Below, piece after piece: positions 25,864-40,874 of a DNA stretch of 63,349 nt. The stretch's first letter is position 1, and each line of letters opens with the position of its first letter. The notes under the pieces are model-generated. The model was not told where the DNA came from. It did no database searches and saw only the letters and a list, made by a program, of their open reading frames with translations. The stretch is taken from contig NC_069000.1 in the NCBI RefSeq assembly GCF_001194135.2, positions 13,450,301 to 13,513,649 on the forward strand, given 5' to 3'. Both the position numbers and the translations under genes were made by a program. The stretch comes from Octopus bimaculoides (lineage: Eukaryota).

Positions 25864-28033
25864 TCTCTTTATACATACACACGCTAATACACGACCTATG
25901 TTATATTCTCCACTCATGTTTATACAACGAAAGGGGCAAAACTAGCCGGTATACAGCACTTACTCGGTATTACCTGTATCTTTGGGTTTGGTTGAATCCA
26001 ATACCCTTCATAACCTTATATATATATATATATATTATAATGTATATATATATATCTATTATAATTCATACATAGATATAAACGTGCAGAGATGTAGAAA
26101 TAGTACAAGTAGGATGAAGCACAATGAAATTTCATACATATACGCATATTTGTGGTGGTTGCACATACATATATGCCACATGAATGCATCTATACATGCG
26201 CACATACTTTGGATGTGAGTTCAAATTCCACCGAATATAAGGTTTTCTCAAACAAGCTTCCAGACAGGTAAAACTTGAAGCTGCAGCTTAGCACAATTTT
26301 ATTATATATTTGGCTCTACAAGCGCTAGGGTGTCCTTTCATCAATAAATATCTCATTTTCCCCCTACTTATTCCCCACCCGCTTATATACATTTATATAT
26401 CATATATCGAAAACCAAAGTTTTCTTATGTGTACTCTGAAAACGGTAGATGTATTGTGATGTTGGTATGCCTGCAGCAATAGCGAAGGCTATATATACGA
26501 TCTTTATATAAATTCATTAAATTAAATGCAATCTTTTTCTCCTAATTAACGTAAGCTTAATCGGCATTAATCTTTATCGTTAATTAACGTGATTATATTT
26601 TAATCCTGTATGCATTAAATAAACGTTTCTGCGAAGATTGAAAATATTGTTGTTTGGGGCTATGTGTGGTGGATAAAGTGTATCTTAGTTAAAAACTAGG
26701 CGTTTCTAGCCATATTGTAAATCATATTAACATTCACGTAATTCTGTATGCGTCTATCATTTATTTCATTGTTGACTTCCATTTAATATAATTTATATGC
26801 CAAATTAATTGAGTCGTTGTGCTATCAATATTTATATCAGTCGATATGTAACATCATAAACAAATGAGAAATTAATTTCAGTCAAACAGCTGTTTTATAT
26901 AATGAGACTTAAAATAAGAGAGTGACTTTGATCTCTGAAATTTAGATCACAGTTTAAGTTTCTGATGCAAATGAGGAATGAAATTTATTTTTCGTCAAAT
27001 CACAAAATTGTTGGTAACAGTTAATAATAACTAGAAATAGTTTTGATCTCTTCGGGACATGGTTAAACACTTTTACTTCATAAAGTATTTATTTTCATAA
27101 AGTATCTACAGGAGGAAGTGTAGCGTATTACCTGAAAGGAATCAAACTACTTCGAAAGGATGAAAATTATGTATGGTGTATCTTGATTGATCTTTCATGT
27201 GAAAATGAATGTTCAAGAAAATACGTTCTGTTGAGGATTGGGTATTAACTAGAACCGAAGTCTGACTATTAATTCCACTCCCTCCTTTTCATTTTCTGCT
27301 TTTTTTTTTTTCGTATATCATTATAATAATATCCATTCAGAATATTTGACACGTGTTTAATCTCGTGTCAATGTTACCAAACGTGAAACAACATATTTTT
27401 ATACGAAAGCTTCAGCTGTTCTTTTACCCATGCGTCTTATACGAATATTCTAATTCTACATTTCCGAAATAGACTGGCTTTTCAACGTAATCTTTTCATT
27501 AAAAATTCTAGTTTAGTTGTCACAGTTTGAAGCGCGCATTAAGAAAAATCTTTAAGGTAAAGATAGCGAACGTATTTTTCTATCATTAATATCGACACAA
27601 AAACGAGCTTATTTTTAATAAGAAGGAAATACCTTATTTTCTCAAGTGACAAACATCTGATGTATCTATCAAATAAAAATCAATTTATTTCGGGATATTG
27701 CTTCGGCATTAGACAATTCAGTAAAACGTAAATAGTTAGGTGCATTACTATTCTGCCGTGATAAGAAATATTCAGTGTTTCGAAGTGGAAATAATTTGAT
27801 AAAGTTAAAGGAATGAAACGAAAGTAAAGTGCACTTACTTTCTAACATAACTTTATTATGAAAACAAAATGGTTTGTTTTGAAGTTCGACATTATTCTCT
27901 ATTCCTTTTAAATTGATGTCAAATAAATAAATTTTTTTTAAAACTTATTTTATTTTAAATGTTTGCATTTTATTTACTTGAGAATTAAATGGCAAACATC
28001 GTGTCAGTATTACTTGTTCTCTTAATAAATATT

Positions 28034-28245
28034 GGTTTGAAATTCTGGCACGAAGCCTGCAAGTTATGGGGAAGGGAAAATTGATTACACCACCCCCAAT
28101 GCTCCGCAGTTACTTATTTTATCGATCTCGAAAGGATGAATGGTAAAGTAGACCTTGGTGGCATTTGAACTCAGAACGTAAAGACGGATGAAATGCCGAT
28201 AAGCATTTTGTCCGCGGTGCAAACGATTCTGCTAGCTCACCGCCC
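28034..28245 (-). mobile_element. SINE-B full length, T1a tail, with TSD
   Basis: TSD TTCTCTTAATAAATATTG (28017-28034) and TTCTCTTAATTGATATTG (28246-28263). Confidence 0.9.
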
Positions 28246-29396
28246 TTCTCTTAATTGATATTGTCACCAGCAACGACGAGATACTTTATCAAGCAACTGT
28301 CACTCGAACCAACGTCGGAACCTCAACCTGTGAGTCATGACAGCAGAATTTCCGTTTCAATTCCGACACTATCATCATAAAAAAAAAGCGGAAGGACACA
28401 TTGAGACGATGTGACATTTATATACAAAGTAAAACGGGATTGCTATGGGTAAAAAGAAAAGATCCTATCACATATTTTTCCACGATTAGGGCCGCTCTTG
28501 GCCTAAATCAACAGCTGTCACTTATTAGCGTGAGGGTAAATATTGCTGTTCGCATTCGAAGATCATTCGAAACTTTCAAATTTTCCTGATTATTAGTTTA
28601 TTTGAAGAGCTACAGTTTATTATACATTCGCTGCTTTCTTCCAAGGAATCATAATNNNNNNNNNNNNNNNNNNNNNNNNNNNNNNNNNNNNNNNNNNNNN
28701 NNNNNNNNNNNNNNNNNNNNNNNNNNNNNNNNNNNNNNNNNNNNNNNNNNNNNNNNNNNNNNNNNNNNNNNNNNNNNNNNNNNNNNNNNNNNNNNNNNNN
28801 NNNNNNNNNNNNNNNNNNNNNNNNNNNNNNNNNNNNNNNNNNNNNNNNNNNNNNNNNNNNNNNNNNNNNNNNNNNNNNNNNNNNNNNNNNNNNNNNNNNN
28901 NNNNNNNNNNNNNNNNNNNNNNNNNNNNNNNNNNNNNNNNNNNNNNNNNNNNNNNNNNNNNNNNNNNNNNNNNNNNNNNNNNNNNNNNNNNNNNNNNNNN
29001 NNNNNNNNNNNNNNNNNNNNNNNNNNNNNNNNNNNNNNNNNNNNNNNNNNNNNNNNNNNNNNNNNNNNNNNNNNNNNNNNNNNNNNNNNNNNNNNNNNNN
29101 NNNNNNNNNNNNNNNNNNNNNNNNNNNNNNNNNNNNNNNNNNNNNNNNNNNNNNNNNNNNNNNNNNNNNNNNNNNNNNNNNNNNNNNNNNNNNNNNNNNN
29201 NNNNNNNNNNNNNNNNNNNNNNNNNNNNNNNNNNNNNNNNNNNNNNNNNNNNNNNNNNNNNNNNNNNNNNNNNNNNNNNNNNNNNNNNNNNNNNNNNNNN
29301 NNNNNNNNNNNNNNNNNNNNNNNNNNNNNNNNNNNNNNNNNNNNNNNNNNNNNNNNNNNNNNNNNNNNNNNNNNNNNNNNNNNNNNNNNNNNNNNN

Positions 29397-29448
<52 letters not shown>

Positions 29449-30209
29449 TGTGTGTATTGTTATATATATATTGTTAATGAAGATTTGTTTTTGCAATATT
29501 TTATGACAGTGTACACGGTTTTACTGTTCGCCATCGGACAATCGACAGGGAGGAAAATAAAACCAGAAAAACAAAAACAATATAAATCGAAAGTAAAACC
29601 TCTGCTAATATTGAGGAAGAAAACAGTCATAAAATCTCTAGCACAATAAATACATATTGGTACTTGTGTATACATATGTTCGTGATTCTATAGTCTTTGT
29701 GTGTTTGTACGTGCGCGCGTATCTGTGTATAGGTGTATTTATGTAATGCAGATTAAAAATCAACAACTAATACGCTATATCACCAGCAACAGGTTGATAC
29801 TAAACAAGAAATTATGGCCGACATTAAATTCTTTGTTAAAATCAAACTCTCAGTATTTTCAAACACAACAGCTGTGCAAAACATAAAATTCTTCTGAGAT
29901 TTAAAACGAAGCTATAAGCGAAAGCTTAAATAAGAGATTAAATCTTAGTAGCAGCAACCTAAGTCTATTCTGTAAGCACCTTCAGGAGTTTAATGAATCT
30001 CATCGCAAGATCTTGTTCAGCTATGGCTTCGTAATCCTTAGGCAACAATAACAGATATATTTGCTAAGAAGTTTACACAGAAGCCATTAGCATACTAATT
30101 TACTTAAACTTTATTACTTTCTGTTTATGTGTGTGTCTTTATACGAACTTCATACACATATATACACATAGAGATGCACGCATGCATATAAATATATATA
30201 TAGATATAC

Positions 30210-30923
30210 ATACAATTATAAATAAGGGAAAAGGTAAAAAAAAATTGCCAATATACTGAAAAATAAACGCTAAATTGTCTAACCACATAAAATATTTCCA
30301 CAGGCCGAAGCGAGGAAAGGAAATAACAGAAATTCATAAAAATATAGTTATACCCCAATCGGTTCCGATTTCTGGATTAATCCAAAAAGGATTCTTCCTT
30401 CGTCAGCGAGGAACACTAAATGAAAATAGATGAAATACTTAGACATAGCCACGGAAAAGCAGATACAAAGTCATGAATACATTTAAGTATCCCAAACATA
30501 TCCAAATAGAAATTCCGTAGCAAGCTTCGGCACAAATTTAGTCGGTCAGGAAACGCACACAAGTGGTTAGACAGTCCCGAAGTGAATGAGAATTAATTTA
30601 CTTCTAATATAAGGATAATATTTTATGAAAAAATTTTATCAGTGGCAAGCATATGAAAAATACCTTTTAAGGTGAAAATTATACAATTATAAATAAGGGC
30701 AAAAAGAAAAAAAATTCTTAGCCAATATACTGAAAAATAGACGCTAAATAGTCTAACCACATGAAATATTTTCACTTGTATTATTACACAATGTACCGAA
30801 ACGAGGAAAGTAAGCTAACAGAAATTCATCAAAATATAGCTATCCCCGAATGATTGCTACGGAATTTTAATTAGGATATATTTGTAGTACTTAAATGTAT
30901 TCATGATTTTGCATCTGCTTTTC
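30210..30923. repeat. Compound direct plus inverted repeat (A1-x-B-y-A2-B')
   Basis: Direct repeat of about 150-170 bp at 30210-30360 and 30681-30851; 70-bp inverted repeat at 30454-30523 and 30854-30923. Confidence 0.9.
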
Positions 30924-32418
30924 AAGATAACTGTTGAGCCTGCTAGAAAAAAAAAACTTAATCGACCCTCCATAGAAAATGCAGTATACAGGAGATAACT
31001 TTGAGGCACTTACTGTGTTTGATCATTATGCTAGAAATAGCTGCTATGTTTCGTTCACCGACTTAGAATAAAGAACGTGCTTAGCCAATTTCTGATTACA
31101 CAAAGTGTGTGTTCAGTGCAAGAGATTGTAGAAAGTTCTCTAATTAATGTATTTGTTATTGTGACTTAAAATGCACTACGTTATATTAAAATTCATGTGC
31201 TTCTGCTTTAGTTGTCATAGTAACTAAAAGATTTCTTCTTATCCTACTCAAACTCCCATTAAATCAACTTTCTTCTTCACAGAATTTCTCCGCCTTGTAG
31301 CCAACACTTAGATTTCAAATCGAACTCCGATCAAACGTTTCACTTTTTCTCCTAGACTCGGTTGCCCAGCACCAGACACCAGTGCAACCCTATGTTGAGG
31401 TCTAGTCCCCGATCGCACTTCTGCTTTACCCCCATGTCTCATACTTACCCAACCCCAAAATGCATTGCTTTGCCCTTCACTTTTCACCCCACCACCTTGA
31501 TATCTCTAGCGTGCTATTATCCGCAATTTCCTCAACAGAACTTAACTGCTTCTGCCATCTAGATTTCTTGGATCTTGAATTTCTGTATTACGAATACGTT
31601 TCAAGGATTTGATCAGCTGTCCGTTCTAGGAATTGTAAGGAAGGCAACATTGTATAAGTAACAAGTGCTTCGTTATTTTGCTTTCTGTACAGCCAAGTAG
31701 CATGAACATACAAATAATAACCATGAATTAAGTGGGTTCCATTCTACCCAATGGTTTCCGAGATTCTTTCCAGCTTTTAACATTATTAATCGTCACCTTG
31801 TATTCGTCTTTCTTCTCTTTTTTTTTCTGTCATTACTTCTCATAATATGCTATAGTTCAGATTATATGTAGCAGTGGCGACAGTGGAAATAAGATTGGCA
31901 GATATAATAACGAAAGTTAAAATATAGATGTTAGTATAGAAAGTAGTAGGACTGGTGTTGTTGTTGTTGTTGTTGTTGCTGGTAGTGGTGGTGGTAACGA
32001 TGACGGCTGCGGTGTTTGTAGTAGCGCGGTTGTTGCTGTGCTGGTCACAGTGTTGGTATCCGTGATAGTGATGGGGCTCAGGGTGATGAAGACTGAAATT
32101 CTTGTTGTAGTGATGGTGCAATAAGAATTGTCGTTATTGATATTGGTATCGAAGATGATACGAATCGATCCTCAGTGTCCTTTTGAAGATCTTTACAGGA
32201 ATTTTGAGATCTCCTTTCCTTTGAACTGATTCCTGTGAAGCTAGAAAGTAGTTAGAGAACATCTTCAAATGCCAGGAAATCTTCACAGGGCACGATTCAA
32301 AGTAAAGAAAGTGACAGCCGGAAGCAATGACAGAGTTAACTCCGGAAAGACGCGTATATCGAAACATGCAAATGAAGAGGAAAATATATCTATCGGCATG
32401 ATTATTTCTATTTTATTC

Positions 32419-32485
<67 letters not shown>

Positions 32486-32493
32486 CATCATCA

Positions 32494-32820
<327 letters not shown>

Positions 32821-32836
32821 CTTTTATTACTACTAC

Positions 32837-32902
<66 letters not shown>

Positions 32903-33094
32903 CTAGAATCTTTCTATAATCTGTTCAAATTTAGTGATTTCGTTTTTATAAAACAGATATTGATCTTTATCGTTAACGTCCTCTCAAGTTAACTTGCGTA
33001 AATATCTCTCATACTCTTTTTCAACCCTGAAGCTTATTTGAATTTCACTAATACTTCAGTACGTGAAATATATTTTATGACAATTCTTTCTAAT

Positions 33095-33268
33095 TTTTCT
33101 AACTTTGACACACAGCCAGCAGTTTTGAGAAATGAGGGAAGGTTGATCATATCAACCCCAGTACTTGACTGGTACTTTCTTTTATCGATCCGGAGGGATG
33201 AAAGTCAAAATACATTCCAGTAGAATTTGAACGCAGAACGTAACGAACGTGAAGGACTCAGCTTGCGG
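33095..33268 (-). mobile_element. SINE-B diverged
   Basis: CCCCAGTACTTGACTGGTACTT...TTATCGATCCGGAGGGATGAAAG...GAATTTGAAC. Confidence 0.7.
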
Positions 33269-33314
33269 ATTTACAATATTTTATCGTATTATGTGACGAA
33301 ACGCTGTTTACAAA

Positions 33315-33560
33315 AGAAAGAAAGAAAGACGGATAGGAAGGAAGGAAGGAAGGAAGGAAGGAAGGAAGGAAGGAACGGAGAGAGAGAAAAATGAAAGAAA
33401 GAAACAGAGAGAGAGAAAAAAGAAAGAAAGAAAGAAAGAAACGGAGAGAGAGAAAAAAAAGAAAAAAAACGGAGAGAGGGGAAAAAAGGAAGAAAGAAGG
33501 AAAGAAAGAAAGGAAAGGAAACGGAATAAAGGAATAGAACGAATGAACGAATGGTAAAAA
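33315..33560. repeat. Polypurine (GAAA/GGAA/GA)n tract
   Basis: Seen directly. Confidence 0.9.
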
Positions 33561-34524
33561 GGATAAAGTGAAAATCTGAATCGGAAAATGAAGCAATGAA
33601 AGACTTGTGCTAAGAAACAAGAAGATGAAGAAAGATGGAGAAAGACAGGAAACTAAATGAGTAGAAAATAGAAGAAGCATGAGAGACGGGAATGAAGGCA
33701 GAAAACTGATATAGGAAATTAAGTGAGTGTACCAGAAGCCAGCTTCTGCAATCACTGGTGAGCGATTAGATCTTCCTCTTAATTGTTGCGTGGCGGAAGT
33801 GGAGTAACAAGATAGGTAGCGTGCAGCAGATGTAGAAGAGATATATTTCTGAATATCATTCATTCTAAAGTAGCCAAACGAACGTTGGTTAAAGTAACAT
33901 GGCTCCAAATCAGGAAATTATAAGGAAGAGATACAAGTGAGAGTTTAACAGGAATGATTTTCTAACATCTTAATATTTAAATAACGAATTTGGTTTAATT
34001 AAGAATAGAGTAAAACTAACGAAGATTTGACGCTTGCAAGCATGTAATGTTCTAAGATTTTATTAGAGAAAGTGTTACTCAGCCTACCTTTTTTTTATTG
34101 TTATTATTTTGATGAGTCAAAACATATTTATAACAGTTAGAAATAACATCAAATCAGAAATTATAAATTCAGTATTATACATGGCTTATATACACATCAA
34201 TTGACAGCTAACGAAAGCTAAATTACCACTACAAAATAGAAATGAATTGTAATATTCCATAACTTTTTCAGTTATACGATATTCACAAGATATTTTGATT
34301 TTTTCAGTTTCATTAGGAAATATTCTCATGCGACATATGAAGTTATTGCTATGGGCTGGAGTACTTATTGTAATTTACGTCTCTAGAATTTACAGGAAAA
34401 TTTCCCATTCACCAGACAGTTCAACAAATGATTCAATCGTTTCCTTCATAAATAGGGAAACAAATAAAAACAGAACAGACCGCTGGGATACCTCACAGTG
34501 ACAATCTAGCAACTTTTTTCCAAC

Positions 34525-34652
34525 AAAGCTAGAGTTGACCTGAGCCTACAGTAAAAGACATTTGCCAAAGTTGCTGTACCATGAGATTAAACCCGAAACT
34601 ATGTGATTTCGAACCGAATTTCTCATCAATATGGCTATGACTGCGCCTATGC
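34525..34652 (-). mobile_element. SINE-A head, diverged
   Basis: AAGACATTTGCCAAAG...AAACCCGAAACTATGTG...TGCGCCTA. Confidence 0.6.
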
Positions 34653-36221
34653 AATCTGCAAGCAACGATCTGCTCGTTAGTTTGAATATCTGTTTTGAAT
34701 TACGACCAAGTTCAACTCCACTGAATTCTGATGTTTAAATGAGCAATGAAAGATTTCAGATTCGCCTTTTTTTTTTATCTTGTGGATAAGAATACGGAAG
34801 ACAAAAAGTGTGGGAAAATGGAGGTAGCAGGAAAAGATTAAATAGGAAGATATTTACTGAGAAAAAAATTAAAATAAGTGTTGGAAATGTACGAATCTAG
34901 AAATAATGAAAGATAAGACAGAAAAACGGCGAAAATAAGCAAAGTAAAATTAAAATATAAAGGTTAAGGAGGACATAGTTAGAAGTGAGTAAAGACGAAA
35001 TGAGAAGAGAGAAAGAGTAACAAAAATGAAATAAAACGAAATGAAATGAGAAAAGTTTCTTTTGATATACACAACAAAGTAAAGAGTGAAATGAGAGTCT
35101 TTAGTTCACGAGTTCATGACAGTAAATTTTCTCTTAAACTCCTGATCAAAAGCAAGTTTGTCCTCAGTATTTTCAAATTGATCGTAAGATCACAACAAGA
35201 TACACAAATACGAAATATTGATCACGTCAAGGCTTATGAGTAAAATTGCGTGTAAAGTTTCAAGTCAATATCCCTTAACTTGTGAAAAATATAATATAAC
35301 GCAAAAATTAAATTATGATATAGACAAATGAGTTAATCATCTTTCACTTGTATTAAATGTTAATATAATCTATCTTCCAGTATCAGTGAGACGCCGACAT
35401 CAAGACATGGCATGAATATTTCAAATTCGCTTTGTTACTTTATTAATTTCATTAAGAAGTTTAAGTCGTAGTAAACCTTGCTGCCAGTTAATATAACTTG
35501 ACAATCGTGTCTCTAGTTTTTGTGGTCTATAATAATGAATACACAAAATATGGCATCTGCATTATAGCACTGATGCAATTACCATTCTCTTACTCGTCAG
35601 TCTATGTTTAACAGTTTTGAGAAGACAAGATATTTTGAAAAAGAAATCCTTAAATTTTGAAGAAAAATTTTGTTGTGAGCGATTGGCAGTTCGGATTGGT
35701 AAGCAGTTCACTGTGAACCGTTGATTGATAGCGTTGAGTCTCGTGTAGTAATAATCGTATTGCAACGTGCAAGTCCTTTCCCCTCTGTTTCGTCAAATGA
35801 TATATCCAACACCAGGATATAAAATATTTAAACAGCTTTTCTTAGTTAACAGCCTCTAATGAATAACAATGTTTAATATCACCATTTCACTATAGTTGTA
35901 ATATGGTAAATTGTCATAATTAATCAACACGTTTTATTGTGATTCATATAGACAAGTGGGGCTGGGGCACATAAGACTTAATTGTTAAAATTCATATCTA
36001 ATAAAACACTGGTTATACTTCCAAAACATACGAAATATTTTTAACAATTTTTTATACAAGTCCTGATAATAATCAATTACAAAAATATCATAGGACCATT
36101 TTATAAACATCGAATAGCTAGGAGGGTCCATCCGAGCAAAATAGGAATCAAAGGGGTCCATAGGTAAAATAATGGTTCAGAACCATTGTTATAGACAGTG
36201 GTGAACAGTTCATTTTTTAGC

Positions 36222-36334
36222 GGGCACAGGCGTGGTTGTGTGGTAAAAAAGCTTGCTTCACAAACACATGTTTTCGAGTTCAATCCCACTGCGTGGCACT
36301 TTGGGCAAGTGTCTTCTACTATAGNNNNNNNNNN

Positions 36335-36366
<32 letters not shown>

Positions 36367-36590
36367 ATGTGTGTCTGTATGTGTTTGTCCCCACCGCCAT
36401 CGCTTGTCAACCTTTGTTGGTGTGTTTACGACCTCGTAACTTACGAGTTCGACAAAAGATACCGATAGAATAAGTACTAAGCCTGTCTAAGTCCTGGGGT
36501 AGATTTCTTCAACTAAAACCCTTTAAGGCGGTGCTCTAGCATGGCCGTTGTCAAATGCCTGAAACAAGTAAACGAATAAAAGAAAAAAAG
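36222..36590 (+). mobile_element. SINE-A near full length (tRNA-like head, internal (TG)n, core, tail)
   Basis: Head and tail joined across a small gap; defines the family architecture. Confidence 0.9.
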
Positions 36591-37779
36591 AATATGCAAC
36601 AAAACCTCCCTAAACTATAAACCCTTAAATAAATATTACTCTAGCAATAGTTAGAATCCCAATAAATGTCAAACATGCATTACTATTCTATGGTATAATG
36701 TTAACAAATCCACAAAAGACCATGTACCCTTCAACACGTTCAAATTTACGAGATTGAAGTTCAGCTTAGAACTATTCAAAGAATTCCCTTTAACAAATAT
36801 TATTGATAGAATTATATTTCTTGTTTCTTTGTCTGTTTGTTGAATTAGTTTAACTCTAAAACCAGAAGTATTCTACTCTAACACAGTACAAGTACACTGG
36901 AGCACATATCCAACACTATCTCTACCATAACTATCTTCATTGACTGCAATATTTATTCATTGAAGAGTCTGAATTTAATCCTGCAAACAAAATGCAAACC
37001 GCCATTATACAACTTTCCTGCTTCCTAAAATTTCACTTCTTCATTCCATTGTTTACAATTACAAACTTTTTGTTTTCTTTGCAACCTTGTAGCATCAGGC
37101 TATGCTTTCAGGAAGATGTCGGTGCCATTTCTAACAAATCGAATGAATTCGTGGGGACTCCATCACTGGATTGAAAAGAGAAACCATTTTCCCTTTATAG
37201 CGATTGCTAAATAAATCAATGTAATCGCCACTATTGTTGTTCGACTTAACCATAGAAAGAAACAGCTCTCAAGACATCAGGATACGAAATATCTTTGAAT
37301 CAACATAAATATCTTTTGAACCAAGCAATATTTACGTTTTCCATTATTCATAATTCCAAAATGACGTTAGAAACAATGGCCTGTCATAAACAATAGCTAG
37401 CAATGTATTTCTAATAGTAAATTTCTGATCATTCTTAAAGTTATCGTTTCTGTACTAAATACAATACTTACGACCAATTTAATACTTGCTAGCTAATCCT
37501 TATTCTTCAGGAAATCTATACAAAACGCTTTTTCTTTCAAATCTAATCCCCTCAGTACTTAAAAGAAGTTTCTCGAATTAAGCATACTGGCCTTATATTC
37601 ATACATTATCCGGAGAAAATCCTATTAGGTCATCGCGTGTGTAGATATATGTGTCCACCATATTGCAGAAAAAGAAAATGCACGTCGATACATCTATGAG
37701 ATATTTTTCTCTATTTGTATTTTTCGTATAAAATATGCTTTGAGCGAAATCACTGAAAATATTCCCATTTCTACCTTCT

Positions 37780-37837
<58 letters not shown>

Positions 37838-37988
37838 NNNNNNNNNNNNNNNNNNNNNNNNNNNNNTCTCTCCCTCTCTCTATCTATTTCTCCCTCCCTT
37901 CTTCTCTCCATCTGTTTATCTATCTCTAACTGTCTATTCTCTCCTTCTCTCTATCACTTTCTCTGCTTCCCTCTCTTCCGCGCTCTCT

Positions 37989-38031
<43 letters not shown>

Positions 38032-38909
38032 TATCTATTTATCTATCTATCTGTCAACCAATCAGCCTATATCTGTATTTATCTCTCTGCCTATCCATCT
38101 CCCTCCCACTTTACGTGTATTCACATATTTGATTCCATGTGCGTATTTCTGTGAAATGTTTCATGCCATCCCATCTTATATCCATTTATCGTACACCACC
38201 TATTCCCCATACCATTATCTCCAAAGTATATTTATGTAACTCTGCTCTTCTGTGCCTGCAAGCAGAAACGATGACCATACACATATATGAATACATATAA
38301 ATATGGTACCTACAACTGTATACGTAAATTGTTATTCGTCATCTGCTACTCCGCTGAAACTCATTAATGTATCCTTTGTCGTACTTGGTCGGTCGAAAGA
38401 CTAAAACATATGGTTTACTTCTCAGGAAGCAGTGTCCATTCACCAATTTCAAGAAGTGAGACGAAAATCCAAACCATTTTCAGTAATTGTTTGACTGGTG
38501 ATGTCACTTTGGCTCGTAGTTTTGCAACTCCCCTTTTTTAATGACATTTTGTGTATACGTGTTATACTATTATCAGCTTGTAAAATACGCATGCATGTAT
38601 ATGTGAGAGTGTATGTATGTTTATATAAAACTATGTAATACATGTGTGTTTGTGTCTGTTTATACACGTATCTTTGTGTGAGGAAACAGATGGGTTTGTA
38701 CTTGTAAACTTGTATGTCTCTGTGTGTTCGTATGTTCCGTTAGAAGACAGTAAAAAGCATAACAAAATCGATTGTCCATTCTTCTTAGCACGGACACAAT
38801 CGTTTTCCCTTTATATAATCGAGAAGGCTACCTACATACAAAATATATAAGACAGCAAGAAGAAAACCTATGGGCCTACTCCATATTTATCACAGATGAG
38901 GAAATGATA

Positions 38910-39085
38910 GATAAAGCTAATAGATGATATAATTATCCGAGGAAATGGACTAACCACAACCTCAACTACAGAAAAAATAACGTTTCAGTGAGCAACAATA
39001 AGATTTTATCAACGCAATATGTCGACTACTGAAAACATACGACACAATCCCTCATCCATGGATTATGCAATGCCTGGAATTTGAC
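38910..39085 (+). mobile_element. Decayed R4/Dong-like reverse transcriptase fragment
   Basis: LIDDII, RKNNVS and YVDY*(K)TYDTIPHPWIMQCLE resemble LLIDKxI...NLSMAWIDYKKAYDSVPHSWIxxCL. Confidence 0.5.
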
Positions 39086-39231
39086 ATGTATAATGATGAA
39101 ATACAAAACATTAGTGAGGTCAGACTGTGTTTCCTGAGAACCGGGTGGACATGCTATCAAGAACCTATGGAGAAACTGAAAGAAAATACATACTTTGCAA
39201 CAGTATTTATAATTCCCCACTTATTCCTTTT

Positions 39232-39315
<84 letters not shown>

Positions 39316-39316
<1 letters not shown>

Positions 39317-39810
39317 CTAGCAGACACGCCCGGCGTTGCTCAGTATTTAAATGGCATAGTTTGTGTATAAGATACTGTTAAGTTGAAATATGTGATACAG
39401 TGAAGTGCAGCATCGACGACAAAAAATTTGTAGGGTAAATATAGGGCTATTTCGACTGAGTGACATGTCATGCGTTTGTTCGGAAGGTTCCAAGCCCAAA
39501 CCTTGTCACGGAAAAGTTTGGGGGGGGGTGATTTTTTAACGCATCAAAAATCTCTCAGTGGATATACTTTGCTCTGCGGCTGTCGGCGCAGCTGCTACCA
39601 CGCTGAACAATCAACAGACATAGGAACTACATCTATGTAATAAATTAAGCATGTGAGATTGGCAAGGAAGCGATTATTCTGAAGTAGGATGAAGCAAAGT
39701 GAAAAGAAAGTTGATTCGATCAGTATTTGATGTGATAGCATAAAAGAACATTCAAGGTCTCACATTTATAGCGGAGTCGACCGAATGAACCCACACATAT
39801 GGATGGTACA
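39316..39810 (+). mobile_element. Probable non-autonomous Helitron/Helentron-like element
   Basis: Begins ACTAGCAGACACGCCCGGCGTTGCTC inside an (AT)n run, a typical Helentron/DINE-like terminus. The far end is uncertain because of the gap. Confidence 0.4.
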
Positions 39811-40100
39811 GATTTATTAACACCGTGTNNNNNNNNNNNNNNNNNNNNNNNNNNNNNNNNNNNNNNNNNNNNNNNNNNNNNNNNNNNNNNNNNNNNNNNN
39901 NNNNNNNNNNNNNNNNNNNNNNNNNNNNNNNNNNNNNNNNNNNNNNNNNNNNNNNNNNNNNNNNNNNNNNNNNNNNNNNNNNNNNNNNNNNNNNNNNNNN
40001 NNNNNNNNNNNNNNNNNNNNNNNNNNNNNNNNNNNNNNNNNNNNNNNNNNNNNNNNNNNNNNNNNNNNNNNNNNNNNNNNNNNNNNNNNNNNNNNNNNNN

Positions 40101-40136
<36 letters not shown>

Positions 40137-40874
40137 TATATGTACGTAAGTGTGTGTGTGTGTGTGTGTGCGTGTGTGTGTGTGTATGTGTGTGTGTGTG
40201 TGTAATTTTCACACTTTTGCAGACTTTCATTATCAATTTTTTCTCATTATTTCGTCGTTGTTAATGTCTTTTCCTATAAAACCAAATAAACTTCATTTTA
40301 TTTCCATATTATTTTCCTTGTCATCAGCCATAATATCATTATAGTTTTTTTACTATCAATGATTATTATTGTTTTTTATTGTCATGTGTCTTACTTCTTT
40401 CCCTAACAACGTGTGTTTACTTCGAGCTCTCTTTCGGAATTCGAATTTATTGATGTTTTTTCTCCCAACAATCGGATATTTATTCCCGTGTCGTATCTTG
40501 TAGACTAACTACTTAAAACGTGAGAGGTTTGTTTTTCTGTTTTCCTCTATATACTAGCAAAAACCATTTTGAACATAGATCTTTCTTCTTTGCATTCACT
40601 CAAAATAGCTAAAAGACATAGAGACTACTTTCTTTCAATGCAACATTTTTGAAATCAAGACTATACAGAGAAAAAAAACATTTAAAAAAGATTATTTTAC
40701 ACGAAGCTACTTCAAAAACCAATAATACCGTTTCTAAGGACCAAAGTACAAGTATGAATAGGTCCGATGACGTTTTGCCTACAGCAACTATGACAAACAG
40801 CAATCTATCCTACTCCCTCAACGCCTCTCGATTTCGCACCCTTCTTGCCAAATGAAAATATCGAAATCTTGTAA

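Noticed and set aside
31400-31520. Minus-strand KAMHFG motif (CR1/L2-like) and a GTAAGT donor
   Set aside because: The motif is too short and has no supporting flanking RT motifs
33258-33908. 216-aa minus-strand ORF
   Set aside because: Mostly the translation of a polypurine repeat; the unique N-terminus has no recognisable domain
34295-34501. 68-aa ORF with hydrophobic stretch MKLLLWAGVLIVIYVS
   Set aside because: No convincing splice or other support; such stretches are expected by chance in AT-rich DNA
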